Assembly: GCA_963693365.1 (NCBI GenBank)
Contig: CAVNZM010000001.1
Location: 20,034,125-20,098,124 of the forward strand
Source: Amoebidium appalachense
Taxonomy: Eukaryota; Protista; Ichthyosporea
Direction of reading: 5' to 3'
Length of the DNA: 64,000 nucleotides
Both the position numbers and the translations under genes were made by a program. How positions within the stretch are numbered: the stretch's first letter is position 1; the number at the start of each line of letters is the position of its first letter. Under the pieces are notes generated by a model, which searched no databases, was not told the origin of the DNA, and saw nothing but the letters and a program-made list of their open reading frames with translations. Positions 26,670 through 48,524 of this stretch are shown piece after piece.

Positions 26670-27649
26670 CTTTGCACTAGTAGCACTTCACATGCATATG
26701 CTGTGAGTCTGCAGGGCCACATGTATACGTACAGAACGAATCTCCGTTTCCATCGGCGACCCGGACGTCGTTATCTTACGTCAGGGCTGGTCCAAGCATC
26801 GATTCAGCGATTCGTGATCTCGAGTCTCGAGCACCTATAGCTGACGTGAGTCAGTGAAAGAGTTATGATCAGTGGAGAGAACAAAGCTGAGACTTTCAAT
26901 ACATGTAGCATCATGATTCGTGTCTTCTAAGATATGATCTGTAAACGTTTAGTCCTCTGCCAACTTTTTATATCCTTTCATTGTATAGTATTTACTCCTC
27001 CTACTTGGCTGTCTGGGGGGGCCAAGCTGAGCTCGAATCTCGCTCAGCCAATCAAATTCCCTTTTTTTTGAAAATTTTTGTGCAGCCCGATAATACATGA
27101 TTACATGATGTCTGACGCTTGCACTATGTATATTCTTCTCGCTCTCCATATTGGGTTGAATCTTTGTTTTGAAGTGCCAAGGCACGCCGTCAGGAGCCTA
27201 GTCAAACCGCACTATGCGAGGCAGTGAGAGACGATGCCACTTCGGAAGCTTCTTGAAGCACCAGTGTTCTTATGCGAGGTCGCCTTGATTCAGGACTCCA
27301 CCTATAAAAAGGTCATCGGTCGCTTCATAGCCAAACTCAAACTAGTTGAACGAACCACAAACTATCTACTTACAACTTGAGGCAACGTTTAGGCAAGCTT
27401 GACAAATAATTGCGCGTGCGCATGTGGGATCTTACATATTCATATGACAAGGTGCCCGGGTCGAAGAGGAAATTTTTGTATACTGTCGTCGTTTTAGCGC
27501 TTAATAATTATTGTTAATACTTGTGTATGCCTGTAACCTCTATCTATGGACTCTCTTCTCGTATCAAGCTTGTAGCGAGCTGTTTTTGTAGAAACACATC
27601 GAAACACTAACAAACATTTGGACTAGCACGAAAAACATTAATATTTTCC

Positions 27650-29098
27650 TATTGATGACGAACTTCTAAAGGTGCACGAGCCCCCATCTGCTTGGGGGTT
27701 AACGATAAAAAGACATCACATAAGATTGGGATTATTGCCATTAGCCATTGTACTTTTATTACTCTTAACGGTATATAAATTCACGGAAGCCCATATACGC
27801 CTTGACATAATCAATCCTACTCCACAAGAACCCTGCAAGCCCGTCGCCGACGAAAAAAACTTCTGTTCCAAGAAACGAGTCAAATGTGCCAGCGGCTAAT
27901 CCAGCCCCTCAAAAGGAATGTGGACCAGGTCTCGATGTTCACTTTAAGCAACGAACACGTGATTTGCCCAAGCTCCCACCCACAAGCGAAACCTACGTTA
28001 ATGAAATGCTTCAGAATGACACAAAGGTGCAGGAAGGTGCAGTATCGCGGATGAACCAATTAAATCCCGTGTTGAGAAATGGCAGCAAAGAAATCCCGAT
28101 TGGCGATTGGTTGCCTATGGGGACGAAGATATTGAAAGCCTAGTAGACAATTACCCCCATTTGGCAAGTGCATGGAAGGCGGCAAAAAAGATACAACGGT
28201 GGGACATCGCACGAAATCTTTTGTTGCACAAATTTGGCGGTTTATACATCGACACAGATGTTCTTCCACCCGAAGATGAAAATTGCGGAATCGAATGTAT
28301 GTTGGCGGCCAACGGGTATGACCCGAAAGTACATCAGGTATGTATGTACTTTGAACTCTTTGTGCCTCTTTGGTTTTCATATTCCCCATGTTTGCTATAG
28401 CAGACCAGTTCTGCAGTCTCCGCTGAGGATCCGCGCACAAATAGTTGGCAATGAGAGCTCATGGCCCCGGGCCGGGATGATTCGAAATGCCATGGCCAGG
28501 CTATCCCTTGCCTGATTTCTGTTGTAACACAAAGTCATACACATATACCATCACAAGTTAGAGAAAAGCACTTTAAATACTAACACGGCTTTTTCAGTGT
28601 GCACGTGCACCACTCAACACCAATATGAGAGTCTCGGGCAGGCAGAAAGGATGTCCTAATAATCCTTATTTCTAACCAATCATCTGACCACAGACGGCCT
28701 ATTTCTTGGAAGCTATCAGCAAGGCCGACATGACGAAATTCGTCACCCACCCCCTAAGACATGGACTGGCTGAGCTGAATATTCGTAATGCAAATTATGC
28801 AATTTATGCGTCAGTCCCTCACAGCGAACAAATAGCCGCACATTTAAACATATATTTGCAGGCATTCCGAATTTTAACTTCGGACCTTCTGGCCAATGGC
28901 GGCGATTCTTTAGAGGCGACCAATCCTTATCGAGATTACCATGTGCTGTACACGACGGGGCCTGATGCTACCACCGAAGTGGCTTTCTCTGCGCCGTTTG
29001 GGAAACTGCTCAAAGGGTCGATAGTTGTTAACATTTCTGAGAAAAGTCTCCGACATAAGGCAACAGGAAGCTGGAGAAAGAACAAAGGCATATTCTAG
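27650..29098 (+). pseudogene. GT32 (DxD, Och1/Sur1-like) glycosyltransferase, type II membrane layout, frameshifted
   Basis: TM segment LGLLPLAIVLLLLLTVY; YGDEDIESLV..YP..RWDIARNLLLHKFGGLYIDTDV; one intron 28338-28693; VLYTTGP and H.ATGSW in exon 2. Two frame changes (~27870, ~28100). Start codon not located. Confidence 0.75.
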
Positions 29099-30801
29099 TT
29101 TTAACTATTGGCCCGTCACGGTGGTGGCATGCAACAACACGACAGTCACCGACAAAGACGTGCATGCCCCTTATAGAGCCCGTGCCCCATTGTTACTTCT
29201 AGCCTGTGAAGAGTCCCTTCGCAATTACTACAACATTATATTCAAGCAGTGCTGCACGGTACTTGAAATTGGAAACTTTCTACAGTAGCAGATCATTGAA
29301 CTGCAGTTGATTTTGTTTTGCGGTAAATAGGGGGGGAGTTCTACAGTGTATGGAGTACCCCATGGTAGTAAGTTGGTATGTGTTTCAGTACCACCGGGGA
29401 TGTCATTGCCATGCATTATATATGTGCACAAACAGGCAGACTCCCATGTTCTATTATACTAGAATCTATAGCTATCTAGAGGCTCTGCTTAAATAATCAA
29501 GCACAGGCCGTGGCCAATTAGTACCGCTCGTTATGATTAGCCTTCACTGCCACCCGCTGGCACATGTGAGCGAAAGTAAGCATAACACAGTGTATACTGT
29601 GACATAGAGCCCAACCACTTTGGGCCCACTTATGCCGACTAATAATTAAGGCAGAATGCAGAATGTGTCTACATTTTTGCAGGATAACCCAGCTCGCTGC
29701 AAGCCTTCTATTGATGTGGTTGTGATAATGTCACCAAGATGCCTGCACTACGGAGTTTATCCGAATAGTACAGGGGGCACAACTGCAATTAATAATATGG
29801 TCTTTAGCTGCCCAACACACACAGTGCGCATGGCATGGCTATTTATTCATGTGGCCAATACTGAGTTAGTGTGGGTTGGACACAGCAAGTTACAACGAAA
29901 CAAAGGTATACTTGCACGTTACAGATTGAAAATCTAGAACAACAAAGGCATCGAGTGTGTGTGAAGATTCTGCCTTCAAGTCGTGTGTGTTGAGCATGTG
30001 TTTGTGCTTACGCATTGACGTACATCTGTGTATGTGCGTGCACACCTTTTTGTAGTGTGTGTATGTATGTGTGTGTGTGGGCATATGTGTGCGTGAGATA
30101 GGGCATGTGCGCTTTCATGTATGTGCATGTGTACATGTAGTGTGCTAGGTTGTTTTACTGCATGATACTTTCATTCTTACTGACCTTGTATAAACACACA
30201 AAAACGAAGCCAAATGGAAAGGACCTCAAACTACGGTAACATTCGTTGAACCCCCCCCCCCCCCCCCCCCCCTCCCTTTTTTTTTCCCATTAAGGGGAAG
30301 AAAGCCTCCCCCCCCCCCCCCCCACACACACACACCCAACCCACCCACCCATCCCACACACACACACACATGGGCCTGGGTACGGGCAACCATAAGCACA
30401 AAAAAAAAAAACAGCAACACGCAAGAAAATTGGTTTCACTGCTTCACCCTGTGTGCACCCTTCATTTTCACCTCGCCCAATCCACGTGATCATGCATTGT
30501 CTCACTACCCCCCCCCTCCCCACCCTCTTCCCCCGATCAGCCAACATATGCACCAGCAGTGGTGTTGTCCTCAATTTAAATACATTCGACAACCAGGCAA
30601 GACCCCCCCCCACACACACACACACCCCGGCCCCCAACACACGCACACACACACACACCTCCCCCTCCCCTTCCCGCACACACACCACTCACCCACCACC
30701 ACCTCTAACCCTGCTTCCCACAGGCATGCCTCATAGAAGACGATTTACCGAACATGCAAAGGCGAAAAAAAGAAACTCATCACGAACGGGCAGACCACCA
30801 T

Positions 30802-40454
<9,653 letters not shown>

Positions 40455-41122
40455 CTTCCCTATTATGCCTCACGCCGTTAAAGGGCTATGACACTATTAG
40501 TTCTAGAAACAAGGCTCTGGGCTCTGAATAACTCGGCTAATGCTTTTGTCAGTTTAAAGCTAAATAAACCCACAACGTGTTTGCAAACCGGATGTGCTTC
40601 AATTGGACCTGCAGCAGCGGTTCCACAACACGGGATTCAGAAACACAGGAAGTATCCATAAAACAGTCTGTATGTTAAAGGCAACACCTTTAATGGGAAA
40701 TATATACGTCTCAGTATGATACCTTAAAATTACAACGTATGAATACGTCCTTCTGTCCTTTTGCTTTCCCGTAGAGTCCGCCTCAGCCAACTGTTAGCGG
40801 CTAGCCTCTGTCGACAGCCTTCGTGAACTCGAGTCGCTTCGACTGAGTTACGTAACAGCCAAAATACTATAAATAGCTCCTCAGTGGGGTAGAGGGGCTA
40901 TTATTAGACACTGGAAGCCTTCACCGAACAAGTTGTACTCAGTACATTGAACTCGAAGGCGACGCCTCTTCGCAGACGAAGGCGACGACTCTACGCAGAC
41001 CATTCCCACAGGTGCTAACAGGATCGATAACAGAGCAATACAGGAGACGAATCGTGCCAGTGAGCGTCACGATCACCATTTCTAGCCTTTAAAGCCAAAC
41101 AAGAGCCTCGACAAGCAGGGAA
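40455..41122. promoter_or_regulatory. Probable bidirectional promoter between SAP30BP and the BTB gene
   Basis: ~670 bp between divergent ATGs, CpG-rich and free of microsatellites; TATAAA near 40868; short direct repeat cgaaggcgacg...cgcagac at ~40954-41000. Confidence 0.5.
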
Positions 41123-41783
41123 ATGGAGAAACCACAGGGTAGAGTGAACCTGGACAGCGGTGGGCAGGTGGGTCCCCCGCCCTTTTTAGATGGATTCTAC
41201 TGGATCGGGAGAAGGAAAACCTTTTCTTGGTTGCTTGCTATGTGGGGTCGCATCCTGCTGCGGGCTGTTACTTAAGCCCCAGGTTTGCGTATTCCTCTGT
41301 TATAAGCACTAGTCATGTTGCCCCATGCTTGAGAGCAGGATGTGTGGATGTGCATGTGTGGGGGGGGAGGGAGCTGGAGAGGAGGGGAGGGACTTTCTGG
41401 TTTGGCAAGGTCAATGCTACTCCTGTAAAGCGAGTCGTGGTTGTGACGTATGCCATGGACATGGGGAGGGGGGTTGGGGAAAAGTGTTGCAAATGGACGC
41501 GGGTTGCACAGGTATGCATATATTGACCTGCGTAGCTGATGCTTGCAACCCACCTCCTCGGTCCTCTATCCCACTCTACCGTCTACTCGGACACCCCTTT
41601 CTTGAACTTTGCTCCACCACCCCCTCCCCCCACTTCCCTTCTGCTTACCGCCTCTATATAAACCCACATACGCAGACACATCGCACTACCCGCCCGCCCA
41701 CCCAAATACCACCAACACAAGCACCACCACCAGAAGCGGTCCACAAACACAGACACACACACAAGTACACCCACCCACCCACA

Positions 41784-41815
<32 letters not shown>

Positions 41816-42957
41816 CAAACACACTCGTGACACACAGGCACGGGCATGTACATGCGCAGACACAGGCACACACGCATACAAGCATACACCCACGTGAATG
41901 CCTGGATGCAAGCTGGCAAGCAGGTATGCCCATACACACATACCGACATGCGCACACGCACCAACAAACACTAACCTGCACACACACTTCTCCCCACAGG
42001 TCTTTACCACCACTGTCAGCACTCTCTGCAGTGTCCACGATTCCTTTTTCTGGTCTCTGTTTTCCGGTAGATGGGATCTCGAAAATCAGACTGTGTTTGT
42101 TGATCGTGACCCAAAATACTTTCGGTGGATACTAAACCACCTTAGGGGAATGCCCACGGTTCTGGTGCGTGAAATTGCAAAAGGAATTGGCCGTGGAGGC
42201 GGCCTTTTATGGATTGAAACAGCTTGCCGACGACTGCGTGAATGTGACCCTCCCGTGGTCATCACAGCCGGTATATGACAAGGGCAGGGTTATATATTAT
42301 TTGGCAACAAACCAAGGGGCTGATGTTTGGAGAGACCTGGTGGAAACCGGGGCGGTGGATGTTACCTTCACGGATCCCAGGTGGGCAAAGAAGAGCCGCA
42401 ACGATTTCTTTGGCGGCGAAAACAAAGAAAAAAGCGCTTTTCTTTTTCCGCGGCAGACGAAGAACTCAGGAACACAGATATTCGAGCTGGATATGATGGA
42501 GCCGAACAGCTCCATGAACGAACACACGATTGTCATGATCGACTTGAAAGGGAAAAATGGGCAGCCCACGGCGTACATGTTGAGCAACGGGTGCGATCTC
42601 CGCCTGCCCGAAAACAAGTGATACTGTCAAGGCATTCATCACATCAACAATCATTTACGGTCGTGGGTGCTGGAAGCTCGCTTGGAAGAGTGTGATGAAT
42701 GGGTAATCCTGTCACAACATGATAATGACACGAGCCTGTCGCAGGAAACACAAACGGCAGCATGGAGATTGCCTATGGATCCGACAAAAACCCCCGCTGA
42801 ATGGTGGTTTTCGTAATTTAGGATTAGAATGACGGGTGTCGGATCAACACATGTCGATCCTGCTGATAACGATTTTTTGGAGGAGTTTAGGGGGCCTGGT
42901 TTTCCTGCTGAAGTATCGGTGAGTGGGTTTGAGATATACGGGAAGGTAGCTCTGTGA
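41123..42957 (+). pseudogene. KCTD-type BTB/POZ protein with C-terminal galactose-binding/discoidin-like domain; one frameshift and two in-frame stops
   Basis: Exon 1 41123-41167 (MEKPQGRVNLDSGGQ). Exon 2 from 42000: FTTTVSTL..DSFF..LFSGRW..VFVDRDPKYFRWILNHLR, frameshift ~42165, EAAFYGL, then LRSWVLEA..WVILSQHDNDTSL..FRIRMTG..SGFEIYG. In-frame TGA 42619-42621 and TAA 42814-42816. Confidence 0.8.
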
Positions 42958-43623
42958 AATAGCTTGGTCTCTGCAAAGCTTATTATTCTCATATTGCCTG
43001 TGTACACAAGCAATGGCACACACAATCGTACACAAAGTAACCACACACAGGGGCCCACATACAGTGTTAACAAACACGAATGCATGTCTAGCATGCACAC
43101 ACTACTATGATGCATGTGCACGAAGTTTTTTGTGCTATTCAATTTTGTTTGCTTTTTTCTTTTTTTTCTTTTCTTTTTTTTGTGTGTTTGTGTTTTGGGG
43201 GGGGGGGGGGGGGGGGGGGGTTGGGGAAGGGGGGGGGGGGGGAGGGGGGGGATATAGATAGTTATGCTTTGCACAACAGGGCATCATATCACACATGTAC
43301 TTTCAGTCATCTATCTCTGCCTCTGAGCAAGACCATTTCTCTTCCTAATATCGAACCCTAGGTGTATGCGGCTTATGAACCAGTCTGGATGACTCTTAGT
43401 TTGTATCGCACCCTATGCTTAGATAGGCCGCTACATAAGAAATTGATGATGATAATAAGAATGAGAAATAATAATTATTAAACTATGTATTATAGGTTGT
43501 GTACAGGACGGAAGTGTACATACATGATTCATAACTGCCATAGCACGGCTGTGTGGTGTAGCCGCAGAAACAGTCCTGTGAACCATGGCTTATGATATCG
43601 ATTATTGATAAAAGTCCAAGAAC

Positions 43624-43729
43624 CTATATGAAGATATCAAGATGTGGTTTCTTGGTGTATGTCCCATTTATGTTTTCCACCCGGAACCCAGACGGGGTAC
43701 TACCCAAGGAGAAGATGTGGGGGAGGCGG

Positions 43730-43761
<32 letters not shown>

Positions 43762-44037
43762 TGGCTGTAGACGGTAGACGGTACGAAGTACACACGACGG
43801 ACGTGACAAAATACATCTGCTGCCTCCCCCTCCCCCCCCCCCCCCCCCCCCCTTAAGGAAAAAAAAAACACACACACACGTGCGTGCACGTGCATCACAA
43901 GCACAGCTCAACCTGAAGGGGACCATCTCGTCCATATTTCTTGTGTTGATTTTCCGACCCACTCAAACTCACCTCTCAATCTCGGGAGGAGGTGGGGGGA
44001 GGGATCCTGGCAACGTCTTGCCAGTCGCAATAACACA
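43624..44037 (-). CDS. Two possible terminal exons of an unidentified gene (perhaps the 3' end of the fasciclin locus)
   Basis: 44037-43973 (donor GTGAGT) and 43699-43624 join in phase: CVIATGKTLPGSLPPPPPEIESTPSGFRVENINGTYTKKPHLDIFI*. No homology recognised. Confidence 0.25.
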
Positions 44038-44189
44038 CTGGAAGGAGAAGGGGGTGAACGGAAACAATAGAAAGGCAAGGCAAGAAAGTGGAAAAGCCTC
44101 CGCAGGTGATTGCCTAAGCAACAAACCGAGCATTGGTGAGCTATGGGAGGTGGAAGTAAGGGTCAACATACGGGGCAAAGCCGGTACAT

Positions 44190-44233
<44 letters not shown>

Positions 44234-44619
44234 ATCAGCGCAATATTCTTGGCGGTCAGAAGTGTGCCCGGAAAAACAGCCGTATCCCTTTTTTTTTCCT
44301 TTTTTTATTTATTTTATTTTTATTTCTTTTGTTTTTTTTTTTTTTTTTTTTTTTTTGGGGGGGGGGGGGGGGGCAGGGTGCGGAGGGGTGCTAGGGGGGG
44401 GTGCAATGAGGAATTTCGTTAGAAGTGTGGAGTTATGCATGTGCAGGGGGCCACTCTGGGATTTGGATAAGTGCTACTGGGAACTGTCAGTGGTTTTTTT
44501 CTTCATGCCCGAAAAGGTGCCACATTAACTTCACAATCATTACATACCCCGGGGTCCTCAAGATGACGCGCGCGTGGATTTTATCAGCTCTTCTTCTTTT
44601 TTTTTTCTTTTTTTTTTTC

Positions 44620-44692
<73 letters not shown>

Positions 44693-44961
44693 GTGTGCGT
44701 GTGTGTGTGCTTGTGTGTTTGTGGGGGGAGGGAGGGGGGGGGGGGGGGGGGAGGGCTAGACTCGGCACGTGGGGACAGGGCGAGAACAACCAAGCTTCCC
44801 TTTTTGTGTGGGGGAGGAAGAAAAGCGGGAGAAGGATGTTTGTTTCAGTTAAATTTAAAGGGCATACAATATTCAGCATGATCATGAAGGGTCGTGAAGG
44901 TTTTCGTTTCTCCTCTTTTTCTGAAATACATGTACACTCACTCGAGCTCTTAAACCCCTCC

Positions 44962-45004
<43 letters not shown>

Positions 45005-45296
45005 ACAGCCTTTTCTAGAAAGGGGTTGGCTCGCCTACTGCTGTCAAAAAAAGAGATTTGTGTGAACCACACACGAGAGGTTAGAGAGTCGAAACCCAAA
45101 AGGGGTGTTACTTGTTTTGGTTCCGAAACGTCCAAGAGGCAGGGGCATATCACATTTTGATGATCGCAGGGGATGGTGCAGTGCAACAGTATTTACCCCC
45201 CCCCCCCCCCCCCCCCCCCCCCCTTCCTCCCCCCCTCCCCTCCCTTCCCTTTCCTTCCCCTCCCCACCCCCCCTCCTACCACACTCCCTCACTCCC

Positions 45297-45344
<48 letters not shown>

Positions 45345-45565
45345 TCTTTCACCCCAGCCCGTGCTTGTGATCCATACAATTATATGTGTTTTTGCAATCT
45401 GCATTGTTTTTCGGCCATGAATGTAATTGGGTCCTCCCCCCCCCCCCTCCCCCCCTCCCCCCCCCCTCCCCCCCCTCCCCCCCCCCCCCCCCCCCGGCAA
45501 AAAAAAAGGTTACTTCTACCCCTCTCGCCGTTTAAAATCAAGGATCCCTTAATCATCTCCCCTTC

Positions 45566-45617
<52 letters not shown>

Positions 45618-45799
45618 CCTCCTCCTCCTCCTCCCGGTGCTCCATCAGGGCCAGGAAAAGTTTGAATTCCTACTTTGAGCATGGCCCGTGACCGCCACCA
45701 GGGGCAAACAAACGAAAAAAAAACGGGGGGGGGGGGGGGGGGGGGGGGGAGGGGGTGGAGAAAGAAACAACTTAAACAAGCTAATAAAACCTTCACCTA

Positions 45800-47410
45800 C
45801 CAGTGAGATAAAGAACACTGCAGGTGGCACCCCAACACTTCACACTACATATCCTGCAGCACATACTCCTTGGAGCGCACCCCATCCGAGCAACTATGGG
45901 CCTCCCTCACCATCCCCCACAGTGTTACATTCCTATGCGGGATAGCAATAGCCCCGTTAAATGACCGCTCATTGCCTATTAAGACGCAGTATCATTCACC
46001 AACCCCACCCATCCCATCCCTCCACCCAAGACATACAAACGTATTAACCCAAAATTCTCTTGCGACATCCGGGTGTGTGTTCTAGTTAACCGTTGCTAAT
46101 GCCACCAATTGTCTCGCGTCAAGGCTTGTCCTCATACACAGTGATGTTATCCAAACTAGCATTGGTTACGCGTTGTGAGTAAGATAACGCTGCACAGGCC
46201 CACTCCGCTCTCACAATTGGTGGAAGGCATCCCCACTGCCCTTTTCCCAATCTCCTTTTTGTGGGATCGTATACGCACCTCTCTGCCCACAGACATTCAA
46301 GTAAGCAACCTCCACGCCCAACACCTCCCCATCCTCCGGCCCAAACACAAAAACCCCATCCTGCAGATTTTCAATTGAATAGTACAGCGGTGCTCCGTAA
46401 AAGCATGGCTGTGGCCTTGCACGGTTGTTTTGGTGTAGGGGGACAGTAGCCGGACGCACACCCAAACACTTGTAATACCCGGGTTAGGTAGTGTCCACGT
46501 TTCGGACGCTATTTTTAAATCAAGTTTCACCTCAGTAATGCTAAACGGCAATCTATTTTTGCCGGTGTTCCACGTTTCAAGTGTGTTGTTGGCTGAAAAG
46601 GTGCGCATATAGCAAATGGTGATGTTGGCAGAAGGGGCGATGGGGGTGTTGCAATACAACCTAGGCATCTCGTACTTTGTCAACTCTGAATCAGTGATAC
46701 TTCCAGGAGCCTCATGTACTTTATACTCCCGTCGTTTCGTAAGCTGCATGGAATCATAACACCACTGATGGGCATGGATTTGTCCGGTTAACAGGAGGAT
46801 ACGAGGAAAGCTTTGGATAGGTGGGGGAAGAACAGGAAGCTGCTGCAACGAAAGATTGCCTATTGGGGCCTTCACCCAAGTGTAAATTTATGTTCAATTT
46901 CTCGCAAGGTATTAAAGTGTTTGCTTCACTCGAATTAATGTTAACTTCACTCATGTAGGCATTGTCTATCCTGTCGTATTGTATGTGCAAGGAGAGTGTG
47001 TGGTTCATGGCTGCACAGTTGTTAAATAAATAGTTGTATGCTTCGTCTGGCAGCAGCTCAAAAGCTTCGTTGGTTGGCGCATTAACAACGAAAACAGTCT
47101 CGCTGGAAACAACAAATGACTTTTGCACGCTCAATATGCTGTTCAGCCCGGTCTGTTTTAGTAGGCGGGCAAATGTGTATAAGTCGGGTATGGTTTGCAG
47201 TTGTTCCCACAAGTCCATGCGTGCCTCGTTTCTTTCTACGGTGCAAAGCTCTGTTCTAGATCTGTTCATCATGGCACATTCGCCTTTGTAGCAGAATATG
47301 GCTCGACGGCATTCCTCTGGAGCTACAAAGGCGATGGTGGGCGAGAGAAAACATGCAAAAAAGAGAGCACTGCAGACGGTCCCCGCAAGGGAGAGTCTTG
47401 TGGTCTGCAT
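45800..47410 (-). pseudogene. Secreted fasciclin (FAS1)-domain protein, intronless in this segment, several frameshifts downstream
   Basis: Signal peptide MQTTRLSLAGTVCSALFFACFLSPTIA; FAS1 H1 region PDLYTFARLLKQTGL..VNAPTNEAF..L..HI. The reading frame breaks near 46760 and 46470 and degrades further; 3' limit approximate. Confidence 0.7.
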
Positions 47411-47893
47411 TTTTACGTGCAAAGCTGAAAAACTTTGCATGTATGATACGCATAAGGAAAGAAAAGCCTGGGGTTGAAATTGTATAAAATGGGTTGCAAA
47501 CATAATTTTCGAATCTGGAAACCAAAAGGAGACACGTATCATACTGGTGAAATTTCGAAAGAGGCAGCTCTGTTCTGTTCATCATGGCACATTCGAATTC
47601 GCCTTTGTAGCAGAACATATATATATATGGCTCGAAAGCATTCCTCTGGAGCTACAAAAAGGCGATGGTGGGCGAGAGAAAACATGCAAAAAAAGAGAGC
47701 ACTGCAGACGGCCTCCGCAAGGGAGAGTCTTGTGGTGTGCATTTTTACGGGCAGGCTGAAAACTTCTCATTTATATACGCATAAGGAAAGAAAAGCCTGG
47801 GGTTGAATTTGTATAAAATGGGTTGCAAACATAGTTAGTTTTCGAATCTGGAAACCAAAAGGAGGCACGTATCATACTGGTAAAAGAGGCAGC
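47247..47893. repeat. Tandem ~310-bp duplication of the fasciclin 5' region, start codon and signal peptide
   Basis: ~47247-47548 matches ~47566-47881, with small insertions and substitutions in the upstream copy. Confidence 0.92.
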
Positions 47894-48158
47894 CCGCCCT
47901 GAGCTGGGCCTTCTGTTTTTGGCTTGTCACCGGGATGCTACTGTTTTGCTGACGCCGACCTGTTTCTTTGGATTCCTTTGGAACCTTTGGAACACCATGG
48001 ACAGACTGACAGATCGTCCAAGGGATTGGACCAATCAGCTCAGCGTTTCGCACATACAATACCACTGATGAGCCGCATCTTACGACCAATCGTTATCCTC
48101 AAAATTTTACGCCATTTGGCTAATCAACTTCAAACACGTACCGGTGGGATCGACGAGT

Positions 48159-48524
48159 TGTATGAGTGAGATTGTCCCACAATCACACGCATATGAATTT
48201 GTACTTGGAGTCATAGGCAGAGACCAGATCCGCCGAGACGCTGCCCGAGCCTCATGGCCCCCCCTATACTATGCCGCTGATTACGCTCATATATGGTAGC
48301 AGAGACAGCCCGACCGCCCTCTGATGGCCTAGCCGCTTTCCACTGCGCACTGCTATGAGCTCGGGGCGAGCTCACTCCCGCCGCCGAGGTGTATGAGTGA
48401 GATTGTCCCACTATCACACGCATATGAATTTGTACTTGGAGTCATAGGCAGAGACCAGATCCGCCGAGACCCTGCCCGAGCCTCATGGCTCCCCCTATAC
48501 TATGCCGCTGATTACGCTCATATA
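48159..48524 (+). mobile_element. TRIM-like non-autonomous mini LTR retroelement (366 bp)
   Basis: 135-bp LTRs at 48159-48293 and 48390-48524 with 3 mismatches; termini TGTATGAG...CTCATATA; 4-bp TSD GAGT (48155-48158, 48525-48528); PBS TGGTAGCAGAG immediately after the 5' LTR, complementary to the 3' end of animal-type tRNA-iMet. Confidence 0.88.
48294..48354 (-). pseudogene. Degenerate tRNA-iMet copy with encoded CCA, inside the TRIM
   Basis: Minus strand AGCAGTGCGCAGTGGAAAGCGGCTAGGCCATCAGAGGGCGGTCGGGCTGTCTCTGCTACCA aligns end to end, with deletions, to eukaryotic tRNA-iMet recalled as AGCAGAGTGGCGCAGCGGAAGCGTGCTGGGCCCATAACCCAGAGGTCG...CTCTGCTACCA. Confidence 0.7.

Noticed and set aside
42619-42816. 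Alternative genetic code or selenocysteine explaining the in-frame stops
   Set aside because: TAA ends COA4 and TGA ends ADCK2, SAP30BP and the Agd3-like gene; the same gene also has a frameshift.
48159-48293. LTR unit as a snRNA, spliced-leader RNA or H/ACA snoRNA (hairpins, AATTTGT Sm-like site)
   Set aside because: The TSD, TG start, adjacent PBS and paired copies fit an LTR better; there is no valid H box or recognisable snRNA core.
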